From Convolutriloba macropyga (Eukaryota), in NCBI RefSeq assembly GCF_964194025.1, contig NC_134469.1, positions 57,350,001 through 57,414,000 on the forward strand: a DNA stretch of 64,000 nt. Reading direction: 5' to 3'. The translations under genes were made by a program, and so were the position numbers. Below the pieces are notes generated by a model. That model did not search any database. It saw nothing but the letters and a program-made list of their open reading frames with translations, and was not told where the DNA came from. Positions 48,600-62,160 of the stretch are shown in pieces. How positions within the stretch are numbered: position 1 is the stretch's first letter; each line of letters starts with the position of its first letter.

Positions 48600-50090
48600 C
48601 CAGAGCTCTTCAACGGCTCATTTTGGTTTCCTCTTAAACTTACGCTCGTTTTTCTGCAAAAATGTCAGCCGCACATTAAATCCAAAGTGCAGAGATTTAG
48701 TCTATCAAAATTTCTGTTGACAAATTTCCACATGGAAGTTCACTAGCCTGGCTATTCTACAAAATTCTTTTTTTTGCTCATCCAATTGGTCTCACAAAAC
48801 ACTAAATTGATCGCTGACCTTCTCTTGAGTGTTGTTTTGGATAAGAGCTCTTCAGCAATCATAAATCAAAAGAACAAAAAAATTGAAGGCAAAAAAAAAT
48901 TGCTGACAAAGAATCTCAAGATAAAAAAACGAAAGCTTTCAAGACGAGCAGAGATAATAATCGTCAGACAAATGTCAGTGCAATTAAAAGGCCACCAAAA
49001 AGGCAGCCTATCTGCATCGGTTGTTTAAGTAATTCTATCTCTGAGGACAATATATGAGAATATACGAAGTAAAAGAGTGTTGATCATCTGTATATCTATG
49101 ACCTATATAGAGAAAAGTATCGTTTGAAATTATTGCACTGTGCGTTCAAATTCGATGACGATAAGGCTGAATCCCCATTTCTTAGCCCACAAATTTTCAT
49201 TTTCCTAATGATAAATAAATCAGAGACCAATGCATTGGCCGGTCTTCTTTGACATATGATTATCTAGTACCAAACCTGTCATTGACCGTAAAAATTTGAG
49301 CGTTTAACAAACTCGGAGAATGCTTTTCTCAATTGAATGCTGATCAATTTCATATATCTTTTGGTTTGTATAAACTTTCTAACAAATACTAAAGTTCTGG
49401 ACTTTATAATTGAGTTGAAATCTTTTATTGACGAGAAAGCGCTGTTGTTTAGGAAATTACTCATTGTGATTTGTATCTACATTTCCACGCTGCTGTCAAC
49501 GGATGCGTCAAAAAATTGGACTTATACTTTGGATGACTTTGATTTGCAACAGCAAGTTACTTTGCCTGCTCACAAGGAAGCGGAGTTTTGTTCAAGTCAT
49601 AGCCTACGAGGACGCTGATGTATCAGAAACTTATGTAAACTTCGTTGTAATATCCGATCATGGAGTTGTGCACTTTGATATGCACTTAGTTAAGCTATGA
49701 AGGAAACTTGGTGCAGAAAATGGCAAAAATTTGACGCGGTTCCTTTTGCAAAAAAATTTTCTGCTCAATTTGGCAGAGTTAATACTGGAAATGTTTTGAA
49801 CATTGCTTGAATGAACATAGTAATTTATGTCCATAAATACAATCCCCTAAACACTAAACATGTTCAATATGAAACCTGTGTTTTCTTTGACTATGTGCTA
49901 CGATTACTGAGAAGACCAAGAAAAAATTGTGAGAAAGCTTATCAGAAGAATGCCAATTCCCCAGCCACGAGCCTGTTTTTTAATTCAGTATGGAGTACTT
50001 TCATTTGTTTACCAAAAAATATCTTGGCAAATGGATTGCTAATAAAAACATGTTAAATATTCTATGCTGCCGCAACTCTTAGGAAAAAAA
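48600..50090 (+). mobile_element. 5'/endonuclease fragment of the L2 family
   Basis: ELKSFIDEKALLFRKLL..DASKNW..LDDFDLQQQVT parallels ELTSFIEEKALLFKNLL..DASRNW..LDEFGLKQQVT of the 21668-25100 copy. SDHGVV motif at about 49655. Confidence 0.75.
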
Positions 50091-51019
50091 TTGTTCTACT
50101 GCAGGGAACTTGATTGTCTGGCAACGAAACTCAAGGCTTCAGTTGATAAAAATAGAAACTGTAACCTGTAACCAATGGTATAAACACAAATGCTCAAAAA
50201 TCCGAGATCCAGGCCAAAAAGTCCTAATTTGCATAAATCAGTAACAAGAGCTATTCTTCGATACACCTTTATAAAGACAAACTTGAAATGAACGAGTTTA
50301 TTCGAATATATAATCAATTACGTTCTCTAAATCAAGTTGAATTATTGCATGGACAACTTTATCACATCACTACTATAAAAATTATCGACATCAAGCAATT
50401 TTACTCGTTTTTTAAAGATATCTGGTTGGCTGATCATCGACTCTTTGAACCCTGGTTTACTAACGTCTCCATCTTTTGGTATTTCAATTTTCCGATTGGC
50501 TGGTTTGCAATCTATTGCTTTGTGATTTCCCAATCCGAAGGGTTGCGAAAATTCATCCATCGGTTCAGACCACTTTCGTTTCTTTTTGAGCACAGGAAAA
50601 ACACACTTATTGTTAGTGGATAATGCTCAAGTAGTTCACTCTTTGCCGCGCCCAGTCCATCAGAGGAGGATTGATGAAAACAATTGAAGCAAAGGGAAAT
50701 GGTTTTTGCGTAGAGATTGCTCTTCTGGACCCGTTTCTCATTGCCTCCTTTCTTCAGTGCGTTTTTCCCCCAATTGGCTGAATTTGCGGTTCTAAAACAA
50801 AGGAAAAAGTTTAGAGTGGCAAAACTTTGATTCAAAAAAAACTTATCCTTGAACATAAATCAACCCTAAGAACAAAAAAACCCCGATACCCGGGCTGGGT
50901 GGTCCCACTTATGCCAAATGTGACGATGCCAATTGGCACTTAGTGGTGTCCCCTGATACCCAGGGCTGGGTGGTCTTTGTCCTCAAAAAGCAAACAAAAA
51001 GCAAAAAAAGAAAAACAAG

Positions 51020-54000
51020 CATTCAAGAAGGGTTTTTCTCATAATTTCAATTTTCTCGATACTGGAGCAAATTAAAAAAAATTGTGGTTATTTTGGCGTA
51101 TAAGGACGTACATTAGTGGGAATTAATAAATTCTGAACCCAAAGAAGTAAAAATAGTCGAGCTCTTTTTTAGAAAAAATACACCTAGCTCCTCTAACTAC
51201 AAAAAAAATCATAAAGAGACAATACCGAAATTACAACCGAATCGACCGTCCCCATAGACACTGTCAGAATGAGAATCATCGAAAAGCCTAAGAAACTAAA
51301 ATAGATTCCATTGGGAGCTAGAGAAAAATTAAAAATATGTACCTATTTATCAAAAAAACTGAAATCTTTTGAAAATGAAAGCAATTGTAGCAATTTTACA
51401 ATTCCGACAGAATTTTGGTACAAATCACAGCTCTTATAGTTGGTAAAACCGAGGCCACTGTAAAAAAAACACGAAAAAAACAAAGTATCTACTATTTCCA
51501 ATATCTTGAAAAATAGAAGACTTTTTCAAGAAGAGTTTTTTCTCATAATTTCAAGATTCTCTATACTGGAGCAAATTAAACAGAAACTCTAGTTATTTTT
51601 GCGTAAAAAGACGTATATTAGTGAGAACTATCAGATTTTAGACCCAAAGAAGACAAAAAAGTGGAGTTTACATAGAAATTGTCAAAAAATAAGCTCTTGA
51701 GCGTGTGTAACACCAATGAAGTGTAAAAAACTAAAATAGTTTCCATTGGGAGCTAGAGAAAAAGTAAAACTAAGTACCTATTTATCAAAAAACTGAAATC
51801 TTTTGAAATTGACAGCAATTGTTGCAATTTTACAATTCCAACAGAGTTTTGGTACAAATCACTGCTCATCTAGTTGGTACAACTGAGAAGAGTACAAAAA
51901 AGGCAATACAAAATAATATATCTATTATTTCCATTATCTTGAAAAAATAGAAGACTTTTTCGAGAAGGGTTCTTCTTCTCGAAATTTCAATTTTCAAGTT
52001 TCTCTGTACGGGAGCAAATTAAACAGAAACTCCAATTCTTTTTGCGTATAAGGGGGTTCAATAATGAGAGCTAACTGGTTATAAACTCACAAAAGATAAA
52101 ATAGTCGATTTCGAAAAGAAATTGCCAAAAAAGAAGCTCTCTTTTAGAAGAAAAAATACATCTAGTTCTCCTAACTACGAAATAATTATTAAAGAGACAA
52201 TACATAAATTACAACCGAATCGAATATGATTTCAATAAAATTTTGGTACGAATCACAGCTGACATAGTTTGTACAACACAGAAAAGTACAATAAAGACAA
52301 TAAAAAACAAAATATCTATTATTTCCAATATTTTGAAAAATAGAAGACTTTTTCGAGAAGGGTTCTTCTTCTCGAAATTTCAATTTTCAAGTTTCTCTGT
52401 ACGGGAGCAAATTAAACAGAAACTCCAGTTCTTTTTGCGTATAAGGGGGTTCAATAATGAGAGCTAACTGGTTATAAACTCACAAAAGATAAAATAGTCA
52501 ATTTCGAAAAGAAATTGCCAAAAAAGAAGCTCTCTTTTAGAAGAAAAAATACATCTAGTTCTCCTAACTACGAAATAATTATTAAAGAGACAATACATAA
52601 ATTACAACCGAATCGAATACGATTTCAATAAAATTTTGGTACGAATCACAGCTGACATAGTTGGTACAACAGAGAAAAGTACAATAAAGACAATAAAAAA
52701 CAAAATATCTATTATTTCCAATATTTTGAAAAATAGAAGACTTTTTCGAGAAAAGTTTTCTTCTCATGATTTCAAGTTTCTCTTTACTGGTGCAAATTAA
52801 ACAAAAACTATAGTTCTTTTTGAGTAAAAGGACGTATATTAGTGAGAACTAACAAGTTCTAAACCCAAAGAAGACAAAGTAGTCGAGTTTAGAGTGAAAT
52901 TGTCGAAAACAAGCTATATTTTAGAAGAAAAATTACATCCACTTCTCCTAACTTCGAAATAATCAAAAAAGAGACAATAGAGAATTTACACCCGTATTGG
53001 CCAGCTTCATAGACACTGCGAGCGTGGTTAACACCAAAAAAGCCTAAAAAAACTTTTCAGTGTGAGCTAGATAAAAAGAAAAAAGACATATTTATCAAAA
53101 AACTGAAATCCTTTGAAAATAGCAATTGTTGCAATTTTACGATTCGGACGGAGCTTTGGTTAAAATCACAGTTCAAGTTGTTGGCACAACTGGGAAAAAT
53201 GCAAAAAAAATCAAAATAAAAAACAAAACATCTATTGTTTCCAATATCTTGAAAAATAGAAGACTTTTTCGAGAAGAGTTTTTTCTTACAATTTCAAGTT
53301 TCTCTATACTGGAGCAAAGTAATCAGAAACTCTAGTTCTTCTAGCGTGTAAGAACGTTTACTAGTTGGAATTAACATTTTCTAAACCCAAAGAAGTCAAA
53401 ATGATCGAGTTTAGATAAAAATTGCCGGAAAAAGGAGCTCAATTCTAGAAGAGCAGGTACACCTATATCTCCTAACTGCTAAATGATCAAAAAAGAGGCA
53501 ATTCCGAATTTACAGCCGAGTCGGCCGTCAGCATAGACACCGTGAGAGTGAGTAACACCAATGAAATATAAGAATTTAAAATAGTTTCCATTGGAAGCTA
53601 GAGAAAAAGTAAAAATATGTACATATTTATCAGAAAATTGAAATCTTTTAAAATAACAATAATTGGTGGAATTTAACGATTTCGACGGAATTTTTGCACA
53701 AATCGCAGTTCATGTAGTCGGCACCACTGAGAAAACTACAAAAAAGACAATGAAATTCAAATATCTATTTTTTCCAACATCTTGAAAAATAGAAAACTTT
53801 TTTGAGAAGAGTTTTTTGCTCACAATATCAAATTTCTCCATACTGGATCAAATTAAACAGAAATTCTAGTTCTTTCTGCATAAAAGGACGTATATTAGTG
53901 AGAACTAACAGGTTCTAAACCCAGAGAAGACAAAATAGTCTACTTTAGTGAGAAAAAAATTAATAAAGAATCAATAAATCAACCGAAATTAAATACGAAT

Positions 54001-57000
54001 CGGCCGTCTCTATAGACAGACTAAAAAAGTTTTCATTGGGAGCTGGAGAAAAATTAAAAATATGTACCTATTTATCAAAAAAACTGAAATCTTTTGAAAA
54101 TGAAAGCAATTGTTGCAATTTTATAATTCCGACGGAATTTTGGTACAAATTACAGCTCTAATAGTTGGTAAAACTGAGGCCACTGTAAAAAAACACGAAA
54201 AAAAACAAAGTATCTACTATTTCCAATATCTTGAAAAATAGAAGACTTTTTCAAGAAGACTTTTTTCTCATAATTTCAAGATTCTCTATACTGGAGCAAA
54301 TTAAACAGAAACTCTAGTTATTTTTGCGTAAAAAGACGTATATTAGTGAGAACTATCAGATTTTAGACCCAAAGAAGACAAAAAAGTGGAGTTTAGATAG
54401 AAATTGTCAAAAAATAAGCTCTTGAGCGTGTGTAACACCAATGAAGTGTAAAAAACTAAAATAGTTTCCATTGGGAGCTAGAGAAAAAGTAAAACTAAGT
54501 ACCTATTTATCAAAAAACAGAAATCTTTTGAAATTGACAATTGTTGCAATTTTACAATTCCGACGGAATTTTGGTACAAATCACAGCTCATATGGTTGGT
54601 ACAACTGCGGCAACTGTAAAAAAAAACTCGAAAAATCAAAACATCTATTATTTCCAATATCTTGAAATATAGAAAGTTTTTTAGAGAAGAGTTTTTCTCA
54701 TAGTTTCAAGTTTTTCTATAATGGAGCAAATTAAGAAGACACCATTGTTCTTTTTGCGTTAAGAGACGTATATTTGTGATAACTAACAAGTTCTAAACCC
54801 AAAGAAGACGGAAACCGGAAATCTTTTTAAAATGACAACAATTTTCGCAAATTTACGTTTCCAATAGAATCTTAGCACAAATCACAGTTCATATAATTGG
54901 TAAAACTGAGGCAACTGTAAAAAAAACACGAAAAGATTAAAATATCTACTATTTCCAATATCTTGAAAAATAAGAGTTTTTTCTCATAATTTCAAGTTTC
55001 TCTATACTGGAGGAAATTAACAAGACACCCTAGTTCTTTTGGACATAGATTCGTATATTTGTGACAACTAACAGGTTTTAAACCCAAAGAAGACGAAAGT
55101 GTCAGGTTTAGTGAGAAATTGCCAAAAAAGAAGCTCTATTTCAGAAGAAAAAGTACACCTAGTTCTCCTAACTACGAGTTATTCAATATAGAGACAATAC
55201 GAAAATTACAATCGAATCGGCCGTCTCCATAGATTTTGCGAGCCTGGGTAACAACAATAAAGCCTAAGAAATTCAAAATTTTTTTCATTGGAAGCTAGAG
55301 AAATAGTAAAAATGTGTAACTAATTATCAAAAGAATAAAATCATTTGAAAATAACGACAATCATTGCAACTTTACAATTCCGACGGAATTTTGGTACAAA
55401 TCACAGATCATATAGTAGGTAAAACTGAGGACTCTATAAAAAACGACAAAAATAAAATATCTATTATTTCCAATATCTTGAAAAATAGAAGACTTTTTCG
55501 AGAAGAGTTTTTTTCTCACAATCTCAAGTTTCTCCATACTGGATGAAATTAAACAGAAACTCTAGTCCTTTTTGCGTAAAAAGACGTCTATTAGTGAGAA
55601 CTAACACGTTCTAAACCCAGAGAACCCAAAATAGTCGAGTCTAGAGAGAAATTGACGAAAAAAGAAGCTCTATTTTAGAAGAAAAAAATCACATAGTTCT
55701 CCAAATTGTTAAATGATCAAAAAAGAGACAATCCCGAATTTACACCTAATTCAGCTGCCACCAGAAACACTGTGAGAGTGTGTAACACCAATAAAGCATA
55801 AGAAGCTAAAATGGTTTCCATTGGGAACTGGAGAAAAAGTAAAAATATGTACATAATTATCAAAAAACTGAAATCCTTTGAAAATAACAATTGTTGGAAT
55901 TTCACGATTCTGAAGGAATTTTTATACAAAACACAGTTCATATAGTCGGTACAACTCAGAAAACTGAAAAAAGACGAAAAAATATCTTATATTCCAATAT
56001 CTTGAAAAATAGAATACTTTTTCGAGAAGAGTATTTTTCCCACAATCTCAAGTTTCTCCGTTCTGGATCAAATTAAATAGAAATTCTTGTTCTTTTTGCG
56101 TTTAAAAAAGGTAAATTAGTGAGAACTAACAGGTTCTAAACCAATAGAAGACAAAATAGTCGAGTTTAAAGAGAAATTGTCGAAAAAAGAAGCTCTGTCC
56201 TGGAAGAAAAAAGACACCTAGTTCTCCTAACTGCTGAATTATCAAAAAAGAGACAATCCCGAATTTAAACCCAAATCGGCGGCCACCATAGACACTGTGA
56301 AAGTGAGTAACACCAATAAGACCTAAGAAACTAAAATAGTTTCCATTGGGAGCTAGAGAAAAAGTAAAAAAATGTACATAATTATCAAAAAATTGAAATC
56401 CTGTGAAAATAACAACAATTGTTGGAATTTCACGATTCCGACAGAATTTTTGTACAAATCACAGTTCATATAATTGGTACAACTGAGGCCACTGTAAAAA
56501 AAATGAAAAAAACAAAGTATCTTTTTTGCCAATATCTTGAAAAATAGAAGACTTTTTAGAGAAGATTTTTTTTCTCGTAATTTCAAGTTTCTCTATACTG
56601 GAGCAAATTAAACAAAAACTCTAGTTATTTTTGCGTAAAAAGACGTAAATTAGTGAGAACTAACAGGTTATAGACCCAAAGAAGACAAAAAAGTGGAGTT
56701 TAGATAGAAATTGTCAAAAAAGAAACTCTATTTTAAAAGAAAAAAGACACATAGTTCTCCTAACTACGAAATAATCAATAAAAAGACAATACCGAAATTA
56801 AAACCAAATCGGCCGTCTCCTCAGACACTGTGAGCGTGGGTAACACCAAAAAAGTCTAAGAAACTTAAATATATCCATTGGGAGATAGAGAAGTAGTAAA
56901 AATATGCACCTATCTGTCAAAAAAATGAAATCCCTTGAAAATGACAATAATTGTTGCAAATTTACAATTCCGACAGAATTTTGGCTCAAAAAACGGTTCA

Positions 57001-60000
57001 TATAGTTGGTACAACTGAGGCAATTGCAAAAAACACAAAAAATCAAAATATCTACTATTTCCAATATCTTGAAACATAGAAAGCTTTTTAGCGAAGAGTT
57101 TTTTCTCATAGTTTCAAGTTTCTCTATAATGGAGCAAATTAATAAGACACCATTGTTCTTTTTGCGTTAAGAGACGTATATTTGTGATAACTAACAAGTT
57201 CTAAACCCAAAGAAGACGGAAAGTGGAAATCTTTAAAAATGACAACAATTTTTGCAAATTTACATTTCCAATGGAATCTTGGCACAAATCACAGTTCATA
57301 TAAATGGTACAACTGAGGCAACTGCAAAAAAAACACGAAAAAAATTAAAATATCTACTATTTCCATTATATTGAACCATAAGAGTTTTTTCTCATAATTT
57401 CAAGTTTCTCTATACTGGAGGAAATTAAGAAGACACCCTAGTTCTTTTGGACATAGATTCGTATATTTTTGACAACTAACAGGTTTTAAACCCAAAGAAG
57501 ACAAAAGAGTCAGGTTTAGTGAGAAATTGCCAAAAAAGAAGCTCTATTTCAGAAGAAAAAATACAGCTAGTTCTCCTAACTACGAGTTAATCAATAAAGA
57601 GACAATACCGGAATTACAACCAAATCGGCCGTCTCCATAGATTTTGCGAGCCTGGGTAACAACAATAAAGCCTAAGAAATTCAAAATTTTTTTCATTGGA
57701 AGCTAGAGAAATAGTAAAAATGTGTAACTAATTATCAAAAGAATAAAATCATTTGAAAATAACGACAATCATTGCAACTTTACAATACCGACGGAATTTT
57801 GGTTCAAATCACAGTTCATATAGCAGGTACAACTGAGGACACTATAAAAAAACGACACAATTAAAATATCTATTATTTCCATTATCTTGAAAAATACAAT
57901 ACTTTTTCGAGCAGAGTTTTTTCTCACAATCTCAAGTTTCTCCATACTGGATCAAATTAAACAGAAATTCTAGTTCTTTTTGCGTATAAAGACTTAAATT
58001 CGTGAGAGCTAACAGGTTCTAAACCCATAGAAGACAAAACAGTCGAGTTTAGAGAAAAATAGTCGAAAAAGAAGCTCTATTTTAGAAGAAAAAAGACACC
58101 CAGTTCTCCTATATACGAAATAATCAATAAAGAGACAAAACCGAAATTTCATACGAACCGGCCGTCTCCATAGACACTTTGAGCAATGGTAACACCAAAA
58201 AGGTCTAAAAACTGAAAGAGTTTCCATTGGGAGCTACAGAAAATGTAAAAATATGCACCTATCTATCAAAAACCGGAAATCTTTTGAAAATGAGAACAAT
58301 TAGTGCAATTTTACAATTCCGACGGAATTTTGGTACAAATTACAGCTCAGATAGTTGTTACAACCGAAGCAACTGTAAAAAAAAAACAAAAAAACCAAAG
58401 TATCTACTATTTCCATTATCTTGAAACATAGAAAATTTTTTAGAGGAGAGTTTTTTCTCGTAATTTCAAGTTTCTCAATACGGGAGCAAATTAAACGGAA
58501 ACTAAAGTTCTTTTTGCGTAAATAGACGTATATTTGTAAAAACTAACAGGTTCTAAACCCAGAGAAGACAAAAGTGTCGTGTTTAGAGAGAAATTGCGGA
58601 AAATTGAAGCTCTATTTTAGAAGAAAAAATACATCAAGTTCTCCTAAATACGAAATAATAAAAAAAAGACAATACTAAAATTAAAACCGAATCGGCCGTC
58701 TCCTTAGAAACTGTGAGCGTGGATAACACCTAAAAAGTCTAAGAAAGTAAAATATTTTCTATTGGGAGCTAAAGAACTAGTAAAAATATGCACCTATCTG
58801 TCAAAAAATTGAATTCTTTTGAAAATGACAATAATTGTTGCAAATTTACAATTCCGACGGAATTTTGGCTCAAATCACAGTTCATATAGTTGGTACAGCT
58901 GAGGCAACTGTAAAAAACACGAAAAAACCAAAGTATCTACTATTTCCAATATCTTGAAAAAAGAAGACTTTTTAGAGAAAAGTTTTTTCTCTTAATTTCA
59001 AGTGTCTCAATACGGGAGCAAATTGAACGGAAACTATAGTTCTTTTTGCCTAAATAGACGTATATTTGTGACAACTAACAGGTTCTAAACCCAAAGAAGA
59101 CAAAAGAGTCAGGTTTAGTGAGAAATTGCCAAAAAAGAAGCTCTATTTCAAAAGAAAAAATACACCTAGTTCTAAATCACAGTTCATATATTATATACAA
59201 CTGAGGAAACTATAAAAAACAACAAAAACAAAATATCTATTATTTCCAAAATCTTGAAAGATAGAAGACTTTTTTGAGAAGAGTTTTTTTCCATAATTTA
59301 AAGTTTTCCATACCGAAGCCAATTCTACCAAAGCTCTAGTTCTTTCTGAGTATTAGGACGTATACTAGCGAAAAGTAAGAGTTTGTAAACCCGAACAAGA
59401 CAAAATAGTAGAGTTTAGAGAGAAATTGCCGAAATAATAAGCTCCAACTTAGAAGAAAAAATAATTTAAAAAAATCCCGAATTTACACCCAAATCAGCCG
59501 TCTTCATAGGCTCGGTGAGTGTGGGTAGCACAAATAAAGCCTTGAAAACTAAAATTTTTTTCATTGGGGCTAGAGAAAAAGTAAAAATATGTACATAATT
59601 AACAAAAAACGAATCCTTTGAATACGACAACATATGTTGCAACTTAACGATTCCGACGGAATTTTGTTGCAAACCACAGTTCATATAGTATATACAACTG
59701 AGGAAACTATAAAGAACGACAAAATTAAAATATCTATTATTTCCAATATCTTGAACATAGAGAACTTTTTCGAGAGGAGTTTTTTTCCATAATTCCAAGT
59801 TTTCCATACTGGAGCCACTTAAAACAAAACTCTGTTTTTTTAGTACTAAGACGTATATTAGCGAGAAGTAAGGGGTTCTAAAGCCAAGAAAGGACAAAAT
59901 AGTCGAATTTAGAGAGAAATTACCGAAAAAAAAGCTAAATTTTGTAAAAAGATACACCTAGTTCTCCTAACTACGAAATATTAAAAAAAATGACAATCCC

Positions 60001-61081
60001 GAATTTACACTCAAGTCGGCTGTCTCCGTAGGCGCTTTGAGTGTGGATAACACCAATAAAGACTGAGAAACTAAAGTTTTGGCTATTGGGAGCCAGAGAG
60101 AAAGTAAAAACGTTCACGTTTTTATCAAAAAAAATCCTCTGAAGATGACAACAATTATTGTATTTTAACAATTCCGATGGAATTTTGGTATAAATCACAG
60201 TTTATGTAGTCGGTTAGATTGAGGAAACTTTAAAACAACGAGAAAATCAAAATATCTATTCTTTCCAATATCTTTAAACATAGAAGACTTTTTCGAAAAG
60301 TTTAATTTTTTGTCAAATTTTCAAATCTTCTCTACTGGAGCCAATTATACCGAAACTCTAGTTCTTTCTGAGTATTAAGACGTATATTTGCGAGAAGTAA
60401 GAGGTTCTGAACCCGAACAACAAAAAATAGTCGAGTTTAGAGAGAAATTGCCGAAAAAAGAAGCTCATTTTAGAAGAAAAAATACACCTAGATCTCCTAA
60501 CTATGAAATAATTTTCATAATAAAAAAATCCTGAATTTACACCCAAATCCGCTGTCTTCATAGGCAAGGTGAGTGTGGGTAACACCAATAAAGCTTAGGA
60601 AATTAAAATTTTTTTGATTGAGAGCTCGAGAAAAGTAAAAATATGTACATAATTATCAAAAAACTGAAATCCTTTAAAAATGACAACGATTGTTGCAATT
60701 TTACAATTCCGACGGAGTTATGTTACAAACCACAGTTCTTATAGTCAGTACAACTGAGGAAACTATAAAAAACACGATAGAAACAAAATAAGTTTTATTT
60801 CCGTTATCTTAAAAAACAGACGACTTTTTCGAGAAAAATTTTTTTTTCAAAATTTCAACTTTTCTCTACTAGAGGCAATTACACTAAAATTCTGGTTCTT
60901 TTTGGTTATAAGGACGTATATTAGCGAGAGGTTACAGGCTATAAACCCGAATAAGACAAAGTAGTCAAGTTAAGAGAGAAATTGCCGAAAAAAGGTAATC
61001 TATTTTAGAAGAATTAGTTCTCCTAACCATGAAATAATAATAAGAAAAGACAATCCCGAATTTACACCCAAATCGGCCGTC
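51020..61081. repeat. ~530-bp satellite array, main block (about 21 monomers including ~300, ~393 and ~430-bp deletion variants)
   Basis: Recurrent AATATCTTGAAAAATAGAAGACTTTTT, TTCTAAACCCAAAGAAGAC and CAATTCCGACGGAATTTTGG motifs. Strongly A-biased plus strand. Confidence 0.95.
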
Positions 61082-62049
61082 TGGTAAGACCATCTATCAC
61101 GCCCTGGTAAGTAAATACTCTACAATTGTATTTACTTTAGCAACCAATTTTACTTGGAGAGAGAGGGATCAATTCGAATTATTCGAAGATGAAGAAGAGA
61201 AGAGAGATATAGTCATTTGAAAAGTCAAAAAATGTTGTAGAACAAAACCGAAAAAATGGTAAAGCGGAAACTTTAAAGCACACGCGCTTACGATACAGCT
61301 TCAAACTTCGTTTCAGAACCATTAAACAACTCAATTTAAAAACAAAAAAAATTGAATTGCAGCCAAAACAATTAAGAGCGCCAATTTGAACCAAACAACT
61401 TCCCAAAAGCGGTAAAAAAACTCATTTAGAGTACAAAAACTGCAAAAACGACCAAAATGTATCATAATTGAAATTAATGTTCATTTTTTGATTCATTGGA
61501 TCAAAAAGCTTTCAAACCCACTATCACCATTTTGGGTAAACAATACAATCACTGTTTAAACTGAAAAACTGCTTTGAAAATGCTGCACGTGATGAACAGA
61601 ATGCGACATGAACAAAAAATCTCTTCTCTCCATCAATTTGATCTAAAGACTGAATAATAGATAAAAAAAGGCCCGCTTAAAAGCCGGCTATTAAAAACAA
61701 CCGTTCTTGAACAACCGACGAGCGGTTGGCTTCGGTAGTACACCGCTAGCTTTTAGAGACTGGTGGGTGTGAGCGGAGTGAGGGGGTCAAGCGATGGGGG
61801 GGGGGGCTGGACCACATATAGGAGGTTGAACTGGAGATAAGGTGAGAGATGAAGGCGGGTCAAACTTTTAAACTGAGGGGGAGGTGGATAAACAGGTAAC
61901 ACCCTCCGGTCGTCACCTCTTTATCCCGTTTTTGAGGACGAATAGTCAAATTGGTCACAAATATCGGTCAAGCGAAAAACCCTAAAAAATATCACAGGAC
62001 TAATATAACTGCTACAAGTTTCGTTTGAGAGCAATTAATCAACAGTACA

Positions 62050-62160
62050 TGAAATGATCAAAAAAAGAGACAATCCCAAATTTACACCCAAATCGGCCCT
62101 CTGTATAGATATGGTAAGACCAGCATAGGTAAGACTAATAAAACCTAAGAAACATAAACT
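62050..62160. repeat. Isolated fragment of the 530-bp satellite monomer
   Basis: AAATGATCAAAAAAAGAGACAATCCCAAATTTACACCCAAATCGGCC...CCTAAGAAAC matches the monomer. Confidence 0.8.

Noticed and set aside
41690-61081. Satellite as a CRISPR array, retrozyme array or protein-coding repeat
   Set aside because: There are no unique spacers or cas genes, CTGANGA occurs in only some monomers without a consistent stem II-GAAA, and the short ORFs are not conserved in frame between monomers.
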